In this document: positions 10,945 through 24,700 of the stretch, in pieces
Layout: each line of letters starts with the position of its first letter
Position numbering within the stretch: position 1 is the stretch's first letter
Source: Eledone cirrhosa
Lineage: Eukaryota
Assembly: GCA_964016885.1 (NCBI GenBank)
Contig: OZ024743.1
Coordinates: 377,952,001-378,016,000, forward strand
Direction: 5' to 3'
DNA: 64,000 nt
The notes under the pieces: generated by a model
Database searches by the model: none
Seen by the model: the letters and a program-made list of their open reading frames with translations, nothing else
Told to the model about the DNA's origin: nothing
Position numbers and translations under genes: made by a program

Positions 10945-13900
10945 CTAAAAATAGAAAAAGAGTTGAAGAAATAATTTAAAAGAACAGAGATTATCATTTG
11001 AATATTCTGATAACAAAACTGAAAATGAAGGTGCGAAGAAAACAAACCTTTTATAATTTCTTTCAGTGTTGGTGATCTAAACGATAAATACATCCAGTAC
11101 TACATTCTATGACCCTGTTGACTGAAGAACAGAAGAAAGAAGGCCCATAATGAACCCTTCCACCATTTCCTATTTCTTATCAACATCACTATTATCTCTA
11201 CTCCTACCATTTTATGGCTTAGTGGATAGAGTGTTGGACTTGCAATTGAGAGGTTGTGAGTTTGATTGTTGTGTCCTTGAGCAAGACACTTTATTTCACA
11301 TTGCTCCAGTTCACTCAGCTGTAGAAATGAGTAGCGACGTCACTGGTGCCAAGCTGTATCAGCCCTTGCCTTTCACTTGGACAACATCAGTCAGTGGCGT
11401 GGAGAGGCCAGACTTGTATGCATAGGTGACTGCTGGTCTTCCACAAACAACCTTGTCCAGGCTTGTGCCTGGGGGGGGGGGGGGACTTTCTAGGTGCAAA
11501 TTCCATTATTAGTGACTGATGGGGGCCTTTGATCTCCCATCATAACATTGGATATGACCTCCTCCATAAAAAGTGGGTGGGGGAAGACACTGAATGGCAT
11601 TGCTCCTCTACTTTTCAATGGTGCATCCTTTGTTTTAGAAAAATAATTATGGTGGTACACTTATTCTGAAACTTCACCTTAGAATTATTGTAAATTAGGG
11701 CTCTGAAGCTCCGACAACAGGCCTGTCCCTATAAGTATACAATGTTGATATAACCCCTCCACATGCAAACACACACTTCCTTCCACTAATCTCTGATGAT
11801 ACACATCACTTGCATCCATATTCAATACCATCACAGTCTCTCTTCCCTTTCATACCCATTACCCACTCCTTCATATGACAGCATCCCTATTGGTATCTTG
11901 TCACATTGCTCATGCTGCTTCCCTACTTTACTGAACATCCTACTCACCACTCACATGCTCCCTCTTACCAAACTATCACTTTATTTCCCCCTGCTTCACA
12001 CACAAATCATACTCTCTTCTCTTTCAATTCTTGGTCATCACCTATTACTCCCATTTGCATAGAATTTTCCCATTACCTGGAGAGAGAATTCCTTTGATCT
12101 TGGCAGAGTTAATAGCTCCTTGAACATTTTTCACCCTGTTTTTACTCTGGCTACTATGCTTTCAGACACTGCTCCACAGTTAATTAGGTTAAATACTTCA
12201 AACAGCTCTTCCAGGTAATTGAAATAATATATATTTCATGAGTGTTCTTACCACTAACTGCTCTTATGCCTCTGTTACAAACCCTTCCTTCTCTGGCAAG
12301 ACTGCAACCCCACTGCATATCTCATGCTTACACTAGCTACATAGAATATACCTAACATTCGTTTTTAATGTGTTACACAAGTTAATAAGGTCAATGACTT
12401 ATGTTTTTGTTGTCACTGGGTAAAATTTCAAAAATATCTTTAATGAACACAGCCCACTCTGTAAAGTGCTGGTGCCATGATAAAAAATACCCATTCCGCC
12501 CTGTAAAGTGGTAGTGCTGGTAGAGTTTGTGCCACAACAAAAAAGTACACATTCCACCCTGTAAAGTGGTAGTATTTGTGACGCAACAAAAAGTACCCAT
12601 TCCCCCCAGTAAAGTGGTAGTACTGGTGCAAAAGTATAATGCTCCCCGTACATGCTGTAAAGTGGTTGGTATTTGGAAGGGTATCCAGCCATAGAAACTA
12701 AGCCAAAAATAGAGAGTACAAGCTAGACATGGTTATCAGTATGTAACAACCTATCTAACCATGCAAGCATGAAAAATAGGCATTAAATGATGATGGTGAT
12801 GATGTGTTAATTTTGGGGAAGAAGAATTCATTTGCCAGCTGAATAGGGTAAATGTACTTATCACAAGTAATTTTAATAGTAGTAGTAGCAGCAGGTCAGG
12901 TAGTGTGAGCTTTATTGGTGTTTGTAGTGATATTTATTAGTAGTTATAGACTGCTGCTGTAAAATGTTTTGGACTGGTACTAGTGGTGTCTAACAGCCTT
13001 TTGCTATTGCTGCCATAGTTGACCACTAATATATGGGCCAGATTAGTCACCCACACAGGTATTTTTTATGATTAACCCTTTCATTATTGTATTTCTAATG
13101 AAAGACACTAACTATGAGTTTCAAATAATCAAGAATATAGAGTGATTCAGTAATATAACTAAAGCTAGTATTTGGAACATAACAAAGTTTCTTGAATAAA
13201 ATTATGCTGGAAGGTTTTTAGATAAATCATAGCCATTATTTTTACGTCAACTTTTTAATGCAGACATGGGTTGGACAGGATTATTTGAAGCAATATTTTA
13301 CAGCTGGAAGCCCTCCCTGGCACACACCCTTTTAGTTGCTTTTCATGACATGCAGGGATACAGTGCATCTATTCTAAACTGGATACACAACAAAAAAGCA
13401 TCCAGCCCACACTGTAAAGTGGTTGTGTAGGTGTCACAACAAAAATCACCCAGCCACACTATAAAGTGGTTGTGATGGCAACATGACAAAAAGCACTCAG
13501 CACACACTGTAAATGTAGTTGGCATTAGGAAGGGCATCCAACCATAGAAACCTAGCCAGAAACAGTTCTGTATGAGCAAGTCACGGTCACCTGACTCAAC
13601 TTGCCTCTAAGAGGACAATCCGTCTACGCCATGTTAGCGTGGAAAATGGATGTTAAATGATGATGATGATGATGATACACATGGTATATAGATGAACACT
13701 TAAATATTTACAGTTTTGTATCATAGAACCATGGGCAGTTTAGTATTGAAAGGGGGTTGATATAATTAATTTCAACTTTCATTCCATGTTTTATGCATTA
13801 TATAATAATGTCAGATGATTTCTTTAATTTTGTTTTTGTACTTCTAAGAGAATGAAGTAAATTTAATAGCAATCTCACTGAACCTTTAGAAGTGCCCTAT

Positions 13901-14869
13901 GCTTCTTCGTCCACTTATTCAAACACTCCTTCCAGTGGGTTCTCTCAGAAGCAATCATCTCCAACTGATCAGGCTGGATCTCCAAGCGAGACCAGCCAAG
14001 CTCATGGATGTTATCCATCTTGCTCGGGTCTATCCCTAGGTTTCCTGCTGGTTGGTTTTGCCTGTATCTGTCCAGCGATTTCTTCCTGTGCATCAAGGTT
14101 TTTTGAATATATACACTATATCCCTGCATGTTGTAAGAGCAACCAGTTGTAAAATATCATCTTAAAACATCCTGTCCAAACCCATGCCAGCATGGAAAAA
14201 TGACATAAAAGTGATGATGATGATGATTTGATGTTTTGAACATTTAGAAGTGTAAGCTAAGCTCTATGTATCCCAGTTTTAGACTAGATATACCATATCC
14301 ATGCATGTTGTAAGAGGCGACTAAATGGTTTGGCATCAAGCTATAAGACATTGCCTCAAAACATTCCATCCAACCCATGACAGCATGGAAATGTGGTTGT
14401 AAAAGTGATGATGACTATTTGAACATTTAGAAGTACAAGATATGCTCTATGTATCCCAATTTTTAGAATAAATATACCATATTCTTGCATGTCATAAGAG
14501 GTAACTAAAAGGTTTAGCATCAGGAAGGGTATCTGGCTACAAAACACTTTCACAAAACATCCCGTCTAACACACGACAGCTTGGAAAAGTGGACATAAAA
14601 AACAACAATGATAAAGCTTGATAAAACAAAGATATTGTTTAGTATAACTAATTGTGATGCTGTTATTTTCCCTCTTGTTTATTTGCAATATTTGAAAACT
14701 GAGAGGTGTTGAATGCACTGAAGTTTCTTCAATGATGATGAATGTTGGACAAACAAATTTTCATTGTATCGTTTGTGTCCTGGTTAATGACACAGTTCCA
14801 CTGCAACTTTGAAAGTCACTTGTCAAACAAACAAAACAAGAACTACTCTTTTATTCTTTTACTGGTTTT

Positions 14870-15060
14870 CCGTCATTAGACTGTGGCCATGCTGAGGCAC
14901 TGCATCAAGGGGATTCAGTCATTAGACTGTGGCCATGCTGGGGCACTGCAATGAGAGGATTAAGCCATTAGACTGTGGCCATACTGAGGCACTGTCTTGA
15001 GGGGATTTAGTCATCAGACCGTGGCTATGCTGAAGCACTGCCATGAGGGAATGTAGTCGA
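14870..15060. repeat. Four tandem ~47-bp units (gtcattagactgtggccatgctgaggcactgc...)
   Basis: Direct reading. Confidence 0.75.
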
Positions 15061-15269
15061 TCATACTACTTATTGTTTCAAGCCTGCTACATATTTTATC
15101 AACCTCATTATATGCTGCTAAGTTACAACATAATATGTAGACACAAACATAAACACAGCGTCTTAACATTTATTACAGTTCCCTGTGATGTTCAGTCTTT
15201 TCTACTTCTTTTTAGATCTTACTCTTCTGCAAGTTCCTTCCACTTGTATTGATTGGTACTTCTTTAACC

Positions 15270-15715
15270 AACTGTCATCCTTCATACACATCATATATCT
15301 ATACCAGCTTAGTCTTAACTCTTGCATACTACATCTATCAACCTCCATACACATCACATGCCTGTACCAGCTCAGTCTTAACTCTTGCATACTACATCTA
15401 TCAACCTCCATACACATCACATGCCTGTACCAGCTCAGTCTTAACTCTTGCATACTACATCTATCAACCTCCATACACATCACATGTCTATACCAGCTCA
15501 GTTTTAACTCTTGCACACTACATCTATCAACCTCCATACACATCACATGTCTATACCAGCTCAGTTTTAACTTTTGCACACTACATCTATCATCCTTCAT
15601 ACACATCACATGTCTGTACCAGCTCAGTCTTAACTTTTGCACACTATATCTATCATCCTTCATACACATCACATGTCTGTACCAGCTCAGTCTTAACTCT
15701 TGCACATTACATCAC
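15270..15715 (-). repeat. 63-bp tandem array (x7) amplified from an RTE LINE C-terminal coding fragment
   Basis: The 21-aa unit CSMQELRLSWYRHVMCMEVDR resembles CCVQERRLRWYGHVIRMKDD of the RTE ORF at 34223-35356. Confidence 0.85.
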
Positions 15716-15795
15716 ATTGCTGTTATGCTCAGTTGTTATCTCTGCAAATGTGTGCTCTAGTGTTCATAAACACAAACATTACACATCCTGTAGAG

Positions 15796-18246
15796 CACAG
15801 TTTCTCAACCCATTTAGGCCAAACGCCCCCTTTTGTCCCTTGAAATCACGACCCCCCCCCCCCCCCATTTTTCCATTTTTCCATTTTTCAATATACTACT
15901 GATTTTGATATCAGTAGATTACTAAAAAATTGATTAACAATATTCAGGCAGCTGAGAGTATAAATACATTCCTTGAAAGGAAATATATAAATTTCAAAAA
16001 AAGGAACATAAATGTTCTTTTTTATGAATAAGGACCAGTTGAATTTGTTATATTCTCACCAGGCGATACCAGCTATTTTGAACATTTATACAAGAGCAAC
16101 TCTGTCTATCCCAAGAGTGCTCTTATCTGAAAGAAAGTGGCAATTATATCATTTCAAAGCTTTTCAATTTTCCCTTTAATGAAACGGACAGAATAAATGT
16201 TGATATCAAACTTGATGTCCCCCTGCTTTGAGCTTCGAGACCATGGAAGAGGGTTTTCATGACCACACGGGAGGGTATATTTATTAGTAAATGGTAAAAT
16301 ATATACAACAAATGAGTAATTGAATTGTACTAGATGGTTTCCAGTCCAGTCAGACTGCAATTACAAATAAAAAAATTGTTAGTTTGCTTTGTAACAATAG
16401 CATATCCAAGTTTTTGTATAAATCAACTTACTTTAACTTTGACTCATTTCAATTGGATCCTTGAGCTTCATGGAGTCTAGCTAACTCTTTGATGTGAGGC
16501 TGAATTTTCCTAAGATGTAGCCAGAGATCTCCACGTGTAATTACATTGTAGCGGTTGCGAGACTTACTGTGTAGTCTGGAAACAATACCAAACCTCCTCT
16601 CGACTAAGTATGAGCTTGGAAAAGGCAGAGCAAATCTCTTAGCCTCTGCATGTAGGTGTGGAAATCAACGCTGAATTTCCTCTTGCATCCCAAAAAGGGG
16701 TTCACCTAATTTGGGAAATCTAATTTTGATCATGTCATCTGCTTGAAGTTCAATGAATTCTTCCTGAAATTTAACGTCCAAATCGTCGACGTTAGCTATG
16801 AAAGCATCTGCTTTCCACATTGGGATGTCCATCGGCAAAAGGTCGACAAACCGTTCTCTCATGTTGTCTTGTAGCGCACGGAGATGAGTGGTATAAATTT
16901 GGAGTTGGTCATCGCTTACAATGTTTTGAACATTGGTGACACTAGGAAAATTATAGAATTCCCGTCAACAAAGATTCCTTTCGATTACATTCAATTTGGC
17001 CAGGAATGTTTTCACAGCATTTCTTGCTTTAAGCAAGGTGATCTTCTTCCCCTGCAAAGCTAAAATGACGCTATTGCATTTGTCGAAGATGTTGGTGAGG
17101 TAGGCACAGTCTTGCCTCACATCGAGGGTTTTCTTGTACAGCTCTGTGTTGCGTCCTCGCAGAAACTCAATAATAGAGTCGAAGAGTTCAAAGAAGTGAG
17201 TAAAGCACTTGCCCTTTGAAAGCCACCTCACTTCAGTATGAAGGAGCAACTTGATGAATTCTTTGTCATTATCTTGGCACAGTTGCTGGAAAATTCGTTC
17301 ATTGAGGGAATGCCGTTTGATAAAATTGATGACATCAATGGCGCAAGGACTTGCTCAGAGGCTTGCTGAATTTCTTCGCAGCCAAGTGTTGTCGATGAAT
17401 GACACAATGAACAGCAAATACAGATAGATTTTCTCTCTTCAGAAGAGTGACGAAGCCCTTATGTAGGCTGACCATTGCTCCTGCGTCGTCCGTAGCACAT
17501 GAAACAATGTGTGTTGTCTGTGGTCCTAGATGTATGTATTACCTGCTTATGTATTGCATGTGGTCCCAGCTGTATGTATTACCTGCTTGTGTGTTGTATG
17601 TGGTCCTAGATGTATGTATTACCTGATTGTGTTGTATGTGGTCCTAGATGTTTGTATTACCTGATTATGTGTTGTATGTGGTCCTAGATGTTTGTATTAC
17701 CTGCTTATGTGTTGTATGTTGTGGTCCTAGATATATGTATTACCTGCTTATGTGTTGTATGTGGTCTTAGATGCATGTATTACCTGCTTATGTGTTGCAT
17801 GTGGTCCTAGATGTGTGTGCTACCCGCTTCTGTGTTTTCTTTCTTTTTTTTATTTGTAATATTATTTATAAAATAGGGAATAAAATAGATCTACATAGTG
17901 TTAACTCAATAATTTCAGACATGAAATGCATTGTTATCGGTGAAGGAAAGACAAGATTCTAACTGGCTGCGCTCAAAGTGTCCTTTGACCCAGATGACTA
18001 TCGGTTTTTTCATTTTTAGGATCTCTATTACTGGTTAATGTCTAGACATACCTGCGGTCAGACTATAGTTATGCAGTCTGCAAGCTCATTCAAATGCATT
18101 CACACTGGCTGTCTCAAAGACATACAAATATGGCTTATAAAACTTACCAAAGTAAAGAGTCTTCCACCCCCCCCCCCCTCAAGCTCCAAACGCCCCCTGG
18201 GGGTGCATATGCCCCCCCCCCCCCCCCCCCCCGTTGAGAACCTTTG
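15796..18246 (-). mobile_element. hAT (Buster/Charlie-type) DNA transposon, internally deleted, with a decayed transposase at ~16450-17510
   Basis: 8-bp TSD CTGTAGAG at 15788-15795 and 18247-18254; TIRs CACAGTTTCTCAAC/GTTGAGAACCTTTG; motifs HCVIHR, LLHTEVRWLSKG and LPFPSSYLVE. Confidence 0.92.
17508..17835. repeat. Minisatellite, ~38-40 bp unit (tgtgttgtatgtggtcctagatgtatgtattacctgctta) x ~8, inside the hAT element
   Basis: Direct reading of tandem units. Confidence 0.88.
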
Positions 18247-19171
18247 CTGTAGAGCATGCTTCGCTCACACAAGTATTATATGAAATGATTTGAGTAGTTC
18301 ATTAAATATAGTGAAAATAGAGCTCAAGTGAATATTTTTTGAATTTTTGTAAAGACACACAGATTCAATATCAGAATTGTTGCAATTAATATATTACTAA
18401 TCATCATCATTACTGTTTAACATCTATTTTCTATGCTTGCCTAGGTTATATGGGCTGTCACATACTGAGGCCAGACTGGCTTGGAGACCATGTTTTGCTC
18501 ATATGTTTCATTTTTGGCCTGGTCTCTACAACTGGATGCCCTTCCTTTACAGTAAGTCTTGATCCCTGCTCATTCCTTATACTATATACATAGCCTTCAT
18601 GTAAACCGGAGTAACCATCATCATCAGCATGTCCATTTAAGTTACCAGCTTTATTGAGGTCATTGTCAAATATTTCTGATGGTCTCCTAGAAAGTCTTTT
18701 ACTCATTTGTCAGTGGAAAGCAAACCCAGATACTAACTTGCTGTTTGACTTGTCTAAACTTAATCATCCTGTCACATAGCCTAACTCAATTTATCTAGCT
18801 ACTCCTATGCCAACAATATACCTCCCCTACCCATCCTAATGCTGTTACTCATACAGAAGAATTTCTACTTGTGTTTCTTGTCTGTGAGGAGTTTGATCAA
18901 GATATTCCTCTTCATCATACTTCTTGTACACAGCATATATCTACTTGCCTCTAACATTTCTACAATCTCTCAAGACCTACCTTTCATTGAGCCAACATTA
19001 ATGGTGGCAGTGATAAAGTTTTGTGCCTGATAAAAAAAGAACAGTCTGCAATGATAGATATTTTAATGTTTATTTTCTTCATTGGAAAGAGAATTGATGT
19101 GATTGTTTAATGACAGTCAAGGGGTTATCAGACATGGCTAGATGTTCTCATCTGACCACTTCTCTACCATA

Positions 19172-21769
19172 TATACTTCAACTTCCCTAACATCATCTGG
19201 CCACATGGACACATACTAAAACTGGGGACAAAAGCTGAACAAATACAGGCAGCCAAACTGTTGGAAGTCACAGAGAAATTATACCTCAAACAAATGATGA
19301 CAGAAGCAACTAGAAATAATAATACGATCGACTTGGTTTTCACCAACAACGAGGACATGCTATTTGACCTTCACTCAACCCCAACAATCCTTTCAGACCA
19401 CAATATTATTGAAATGCATTTACACATTGGTAATGAGCCCAATGCCACAACTCTTAAACAAAAGGACATGCCAAAGCTATGAAGGTATGATTATCACCAG
19501 GCAAATTGGGAAACTATTAACAACCAGTTACAAATCATTGACTGGGATCTCTACCTTACTGGGCCAGATAAACACAAGAAATTCTTAAACAAGATCGAAG
19601 AAATATGTGCAAAAAATATTCCTCTTAAGAAAACCAAATCCACAAAAAAACCTGTACCACGGGAGCAAAAGATCCTGATGCTTAAAAGGTCAAGACTAAG
19701 AAACAAAACATCTAAGCTGACATCAAAACATGAACTACAGAAAGTCCTTGACCAAATATACAGATTAGAAGACAATCTAAAACAACACTATGATGAAGAA
19801 CGTAACAATGCAGAAAAGAGAGCCATAGAAAACATCAAGAAAAATCCAAAATGTTTCTACAGTTTTGCAAAGAAATACTCGAATACCAAGTCAACAATAG
19901 GACCTCTCCAGAGACAAAATGGGGATGTAGTGAATAACCCTATTGAAATGGCAGAAATGTTGGGTCAACAGTATGAAAGTGTCTTCAGTGAGCCATCTAA
20001 AACCATGAAGATCCATGACCCAGGAGAATTCTTCAAGGATATCGACCATACTAAACCTACCCTATCCGACATTGATTTCAACCCAGAAGACATAGAAAGA
20101 GCCATAGACAAGCTCTCCATGCACTCGGCTGCGGGGCCTGATGGTTTCAATGCCATGATACTTAAAAACTGCAAGGTACAATTGTTGAAACCCCTTTACA
20201 TGATATGGAAGGAATCTATGGAGAATGGCAAAATACCAAATACATATAAAGAAGCACACATAACTCCAATACATAAAGGGGACAGCAAATCAAAACCAAA
20301 GAACTACCGACCAATCTCACTGACATCACACATTATCAAGGTCTTCGAAAGAATAGTTCGTGGAAAACTGGTTGAGTTCCTGGAATCCAACAATCTGATG
20401 AATTGCAATTAGCATGGATTCAGGTTAGGTAGATCATGTCTTTCCCAACTACTGGCACACCATGACCAAATCCTAGAAAATCTAGAGAATGGATACAACA
20501 CAGATGTTATTTACCTCGACTTTGCCAAGGCATTTGACAAGGTAGATCATGGCATCCTGGGACACAAACTTCGAAAGCTAGGAGTAGGAGGAAAAGTTGG
20601 TACATGGATACATGAGTTCCTTACAAATAGAACTCAAACAGTCACTGTGAATGGAACCCATTCAACACCATCACCTGTGACCAGCAGTGTTCCTCAGGGT
20701 ACAGTACTCGGCCCGATCCTGTTTCTCATCCTCATCTCTGACATAGATGAAGATACAACCAGCAACGTCTCATCCTTTGCTGATGACACCAGGGTCATGA
20801 GACAAATCAAAGACGAGGTGGATACAGAGGCCTTACAAAAGGACCTAACCACCATATACAAATGGCAGGAAACAAACAACATGTTGTTCAATGATAAGAA
20901 GTTTGAACTAATTCACTACGGAACAGATCAAGATCTGAAAAATACAACAAACTACAGAAACCCATCAGGACAACAAATAATGAAAAAACAGTGTGTGAAA
21001 GATTTAGGCATCCACATGGGAACCAGCCTAAAATTCAGAGAACACCTTGACTCAGTCTGTCTTACTGCAAGAAAGTACAGCGGGTGGATCTTGCGCACCT
21101 TCAAATCAAGAGACACCTCAACAATGAAAACTCTCTGGAACAGTATGGTACTTCCGAGGATTGACTACTGTTCTCAGTTGTGGTCACCAACAACAAAGGG
21201 CCAACTATCTAAGATGGAATCGCTCCAAAGAAATTTTACCTCATACTTCTCAGAAACGAGGGACCTGGACTATTGGCAAAGACTCAAAACCTTGAAGATG
21301 TACTCAATAGAAAGAAGATTTGAGCGATACCGAATTATATACATTTGGAAAATGATAGAGCAAAAGGTGCCAAACTTTGGTACCAAAACCTACCACTCAC
21401 TGTACCATGGAAGACGCTGCCAGCTACCACCAATCAACAAAAGAGCTGGCCAGGCAGCAAAAACCCTGCGAGAATCAAGTCTGTTGGTTCGAGGGGCACA
21501 ACTATTCAACTCCATTCCGGTACATGTCAGAAATCTATCAGGATGCAGTGTGGAATCATTCAAATTGCAGCTGGATAGATACTTAAGCACCATTAGAGAT
21601 GGACACCATCTCCCAGGATATACACAACGAGCACAAACTGACTCAAACTCGCTCCTACACATGTCAAAATTAAACAGAGAATCCAACCTGGCAACCACAC
21701 CAGACTCTGAGGGTGGAGTCTTCGACTTGGCCTGAGCATGGACTCAAACTCAAATGAAATGAAATGAAA
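19172..21769 (+). mobile_element. CR1-group LINE ORF2 (APE C-terminus plus RT), 5'-truncated, antisense in the Rab33 intron
   Basis: IDLVFTN/SDHN endonuclease end; KNYRPISLTS, YLDFAKAFDKVDH, VPQGTVLGP and SFADDT; in-frame stops at 19482 and 20412; (GAAAT)n tail. Confidence 0.92.
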
Positions 21770-24700
21770 TATACAGCATTAAGACAGTAAATGTAAGTCT
21801 TGTATATGCAATCAGGGTTTTTCATCTATGGATTTGATGTGGCTTTATTGGCTGGGTACCCTTTCAATCATCAATCATTTTACAGCACGATCTCGGTGCT
21901 TTTTACTGTCTAGAGGTTGTCTGTCAGCATTAAAGTGCCTCCTCTTCTTTGTGTTATTTTTTATTCAGAGTAGCTTTTTCTCCTAGACAGGTTGCCTTTT
22001 TTGCGTCTTCTGAAGTTCACATCTCCATCATGCAGATTTAAACCAGAGTTACTTCTCTCATAGATGGGTTTCCTTCATTATGGCTTGTAAAATCCAAGTC
22101 TACTCCATGCAGAAGTTTACTCAAAGCTGCTGCTTTCCAAGATGACTATTCTTCACTGTAGTTAGTCAAGTTCATGTCTATCTTATGCAAACATTTATTC
22201 AGAGTTGTTGTTCCCCTAGATAGGTTGCTTTTCCTGCAGCAACTGGAGTTCACAGCTCCATCATGCAGAAGTTTACTTAGAGTTACTTCTCTCCTAGATG
22301 GATAGCCTTTTTTGTGGCTTGGTGATTTACAACGTTCTTGGCCCCCAGACCATATCCCTATTCACTACTATCGGGATGGAATTACTATCCGCAGGTGCAA
22401 GCCCTGCGAAGTGGAGTGGCTGTTTCAGTGCGCCTTCCTCGCCGTCCTCCGGAGCAATGCATTCAATGAAAGTTAGTTGGTAGTGGAGGATACGCGTTCG
22501 GACATCACTTCTACAACTAAAGTATATTTACATTTATACAACTGTGAATCTACTCAACTCTTGTATTTGCAAGAAAGAAACTTCCTTCTCCACCTCATCA
22601 CATAAATACATGTCTACTTCTTGGAAAAGTTTACTTCTCTCAGAGATCCTTTGTTTCACTGTGGCTTATAAAGTACATGGTTAGCCCCATGCAGAAATTT
22701 ACTAAGTGTTATTTTTCTTCTAGTTAATGTTCAGATCTCATTCCCACCGTCCTCCACCTTGCAGAATTTCATTCAAAAATACATTCAAAACCAATCAGCA
22801 AGAGACCCCTGAGCAAGATGCTTTGCTGGTCTCGCTTGGGGATCCAGCTGGATCAGTTGGAGACAGTTGCTTCTGACAGGACCCACTGGAAGGAGTGTTT
22901 GAGGCATCTTCCCCATGACCCTCTCAGGAATAAGTGGGTGAAGAAGATATTTTTACCCTAGCCAGATCATCTTCACTATGGCTCAGATCTTCTAATACTG
23001 CTCATAGTAGTAGTAATAGTAGGAGGAGAAGGGAAGGGAGCTTATCATAGTCTGGTTGGGGTTTGTGTTGAGTGTTTGAATATCTAGAAGTGTTGGTGGT
23101 ATATACAATAGACTTGGCAGCTTGGGATAATTGGTGTAATGGCTAATAGCAGCTGGTCATACTTGTCATTTACAGGCAAGGGAGGGGGAGGAGTGTATGT
23201 CTGTGTGTGTGTGTGTAAAGGGAGGGGGTGAGCTTATAGTTAACTTGGCAGATTGAGGAGGAAAGGGGGGTATATTTGCAGTAATAGTGGCTGGCCATAC
23301 ATGTCATTTACAGGGGGGGGGGGGGGGAGAGAAAAGGAGTGCATGAATTTCTAGAAGTGTGTGCAAGTATGAGTATGTGTGCATGTGTGTGTTGGGTGGT
23401 GTGGTGAACTTATAGTAAGGTTGGCAGGTTGGAGAGTACTTGGAGTAATAGTGGCTGGTCATATATGTCATGACAAGGAACAGAAGCAAGAGGGGTGCAT
23501 GAATTTCTAGAAGTGAAGTGGTGGTGGTGGTGGTGGTTTACATAGAGTGGGGGTGCCTAGGAGTAACTGGAATATATAATTTATTACTGACATTTCTGTG
23601 TTATTTTGGTGTTAGTTTTATGTCAAACTATTGCATATATGAGATTTAAAAAAAATTAAATAATAACAAAAAGAGGAAGGGGGAAGATACAATACTCCAT
23701 ATTTCAGCTGCACCTGCCCCCTTGCGGATAAGATGGTAAAAGCATTGCTGTGGAGAATAGCCATTCCATCTTAAGGGGTTCCTTCCTCAGGTAGGATGCA
23801 CTCCTCCTAATTTTGTGGAGGATAACAACAGCCTAGAGACAAGGTTGGATTTAGACATTGGGGGGCCCGGGGCACTTCAGGTTTGAGGAGCCCCTCATAC
23901 ACAAGTGCGAACTAAACATGGTCTACAGCCTGTCCTACCCATGCTAGCATGGAAAATGGATGTTAAACGATGATGATGATGATACTACTTATTAGTTTAT
24001 TCAAGATAGAGAAAGCAACTACATGAAATATCGTTGAAATCCAGTGATGTTTTAAAATGGTTACCAACATATTTTTCATCATAAATGAAGTTTAACATTT
24101 TAATGCTATGTTTAAGTACAAGTACAGTAGAGAGAGAGGCCCTTTAACTCTTGATTGAGTTATAGGAACACTGTTCTGACATTCAGCATTTCTTGATTAT
24201 TTTAAACTTGGTGGGCCTCATCCTTCTCAAGGTTATAACACGGCTGATGTCTTCCAGAGAAAGAGACAACAGAGATAAAAAATGATACCTCACAAAATAT
24301 TGAGTTTATGAGAATTTGATATTATTTATTTTGAAAACAATACATTAACATTAGTATGAGTGGCCAGTAACAGCCAGTTTGAACAGAAAGAAGTCAGAGA
24401 ATTCTGGCTGGATACGGCCGGTTTAAATGCTAAAAGGTCAATAGGAAACCTTTAAGATGGATGGTTTTATTGCACAGAACCAGAGCCAGTTTTGGCCAGG
24501 TTGATAACTAAAGGGTTAAGTAAAGTGTACCGAAGACTTTAATTCACTGAACTTAAAACAGGAAACCCTTAGCCCTTCCCCTCTCACCCATCTTTTGATT
24601 TTTCTAATACACAAGTCACATAATGTCAGTCTGGCCCCTGTGGCAGAAAAGCTCCTGTAACTGTTTTTGTTGTTATTTTGTTTTACAGCTTCCCTTGTTT

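Noticed and set aside
14110-14610. ~215-bp tandem duplication as a functional repeat
   Set aside because: It is composed of decayed SINE/RTE-tail sequence seen elsewhere (e.g. ~51200-51320).
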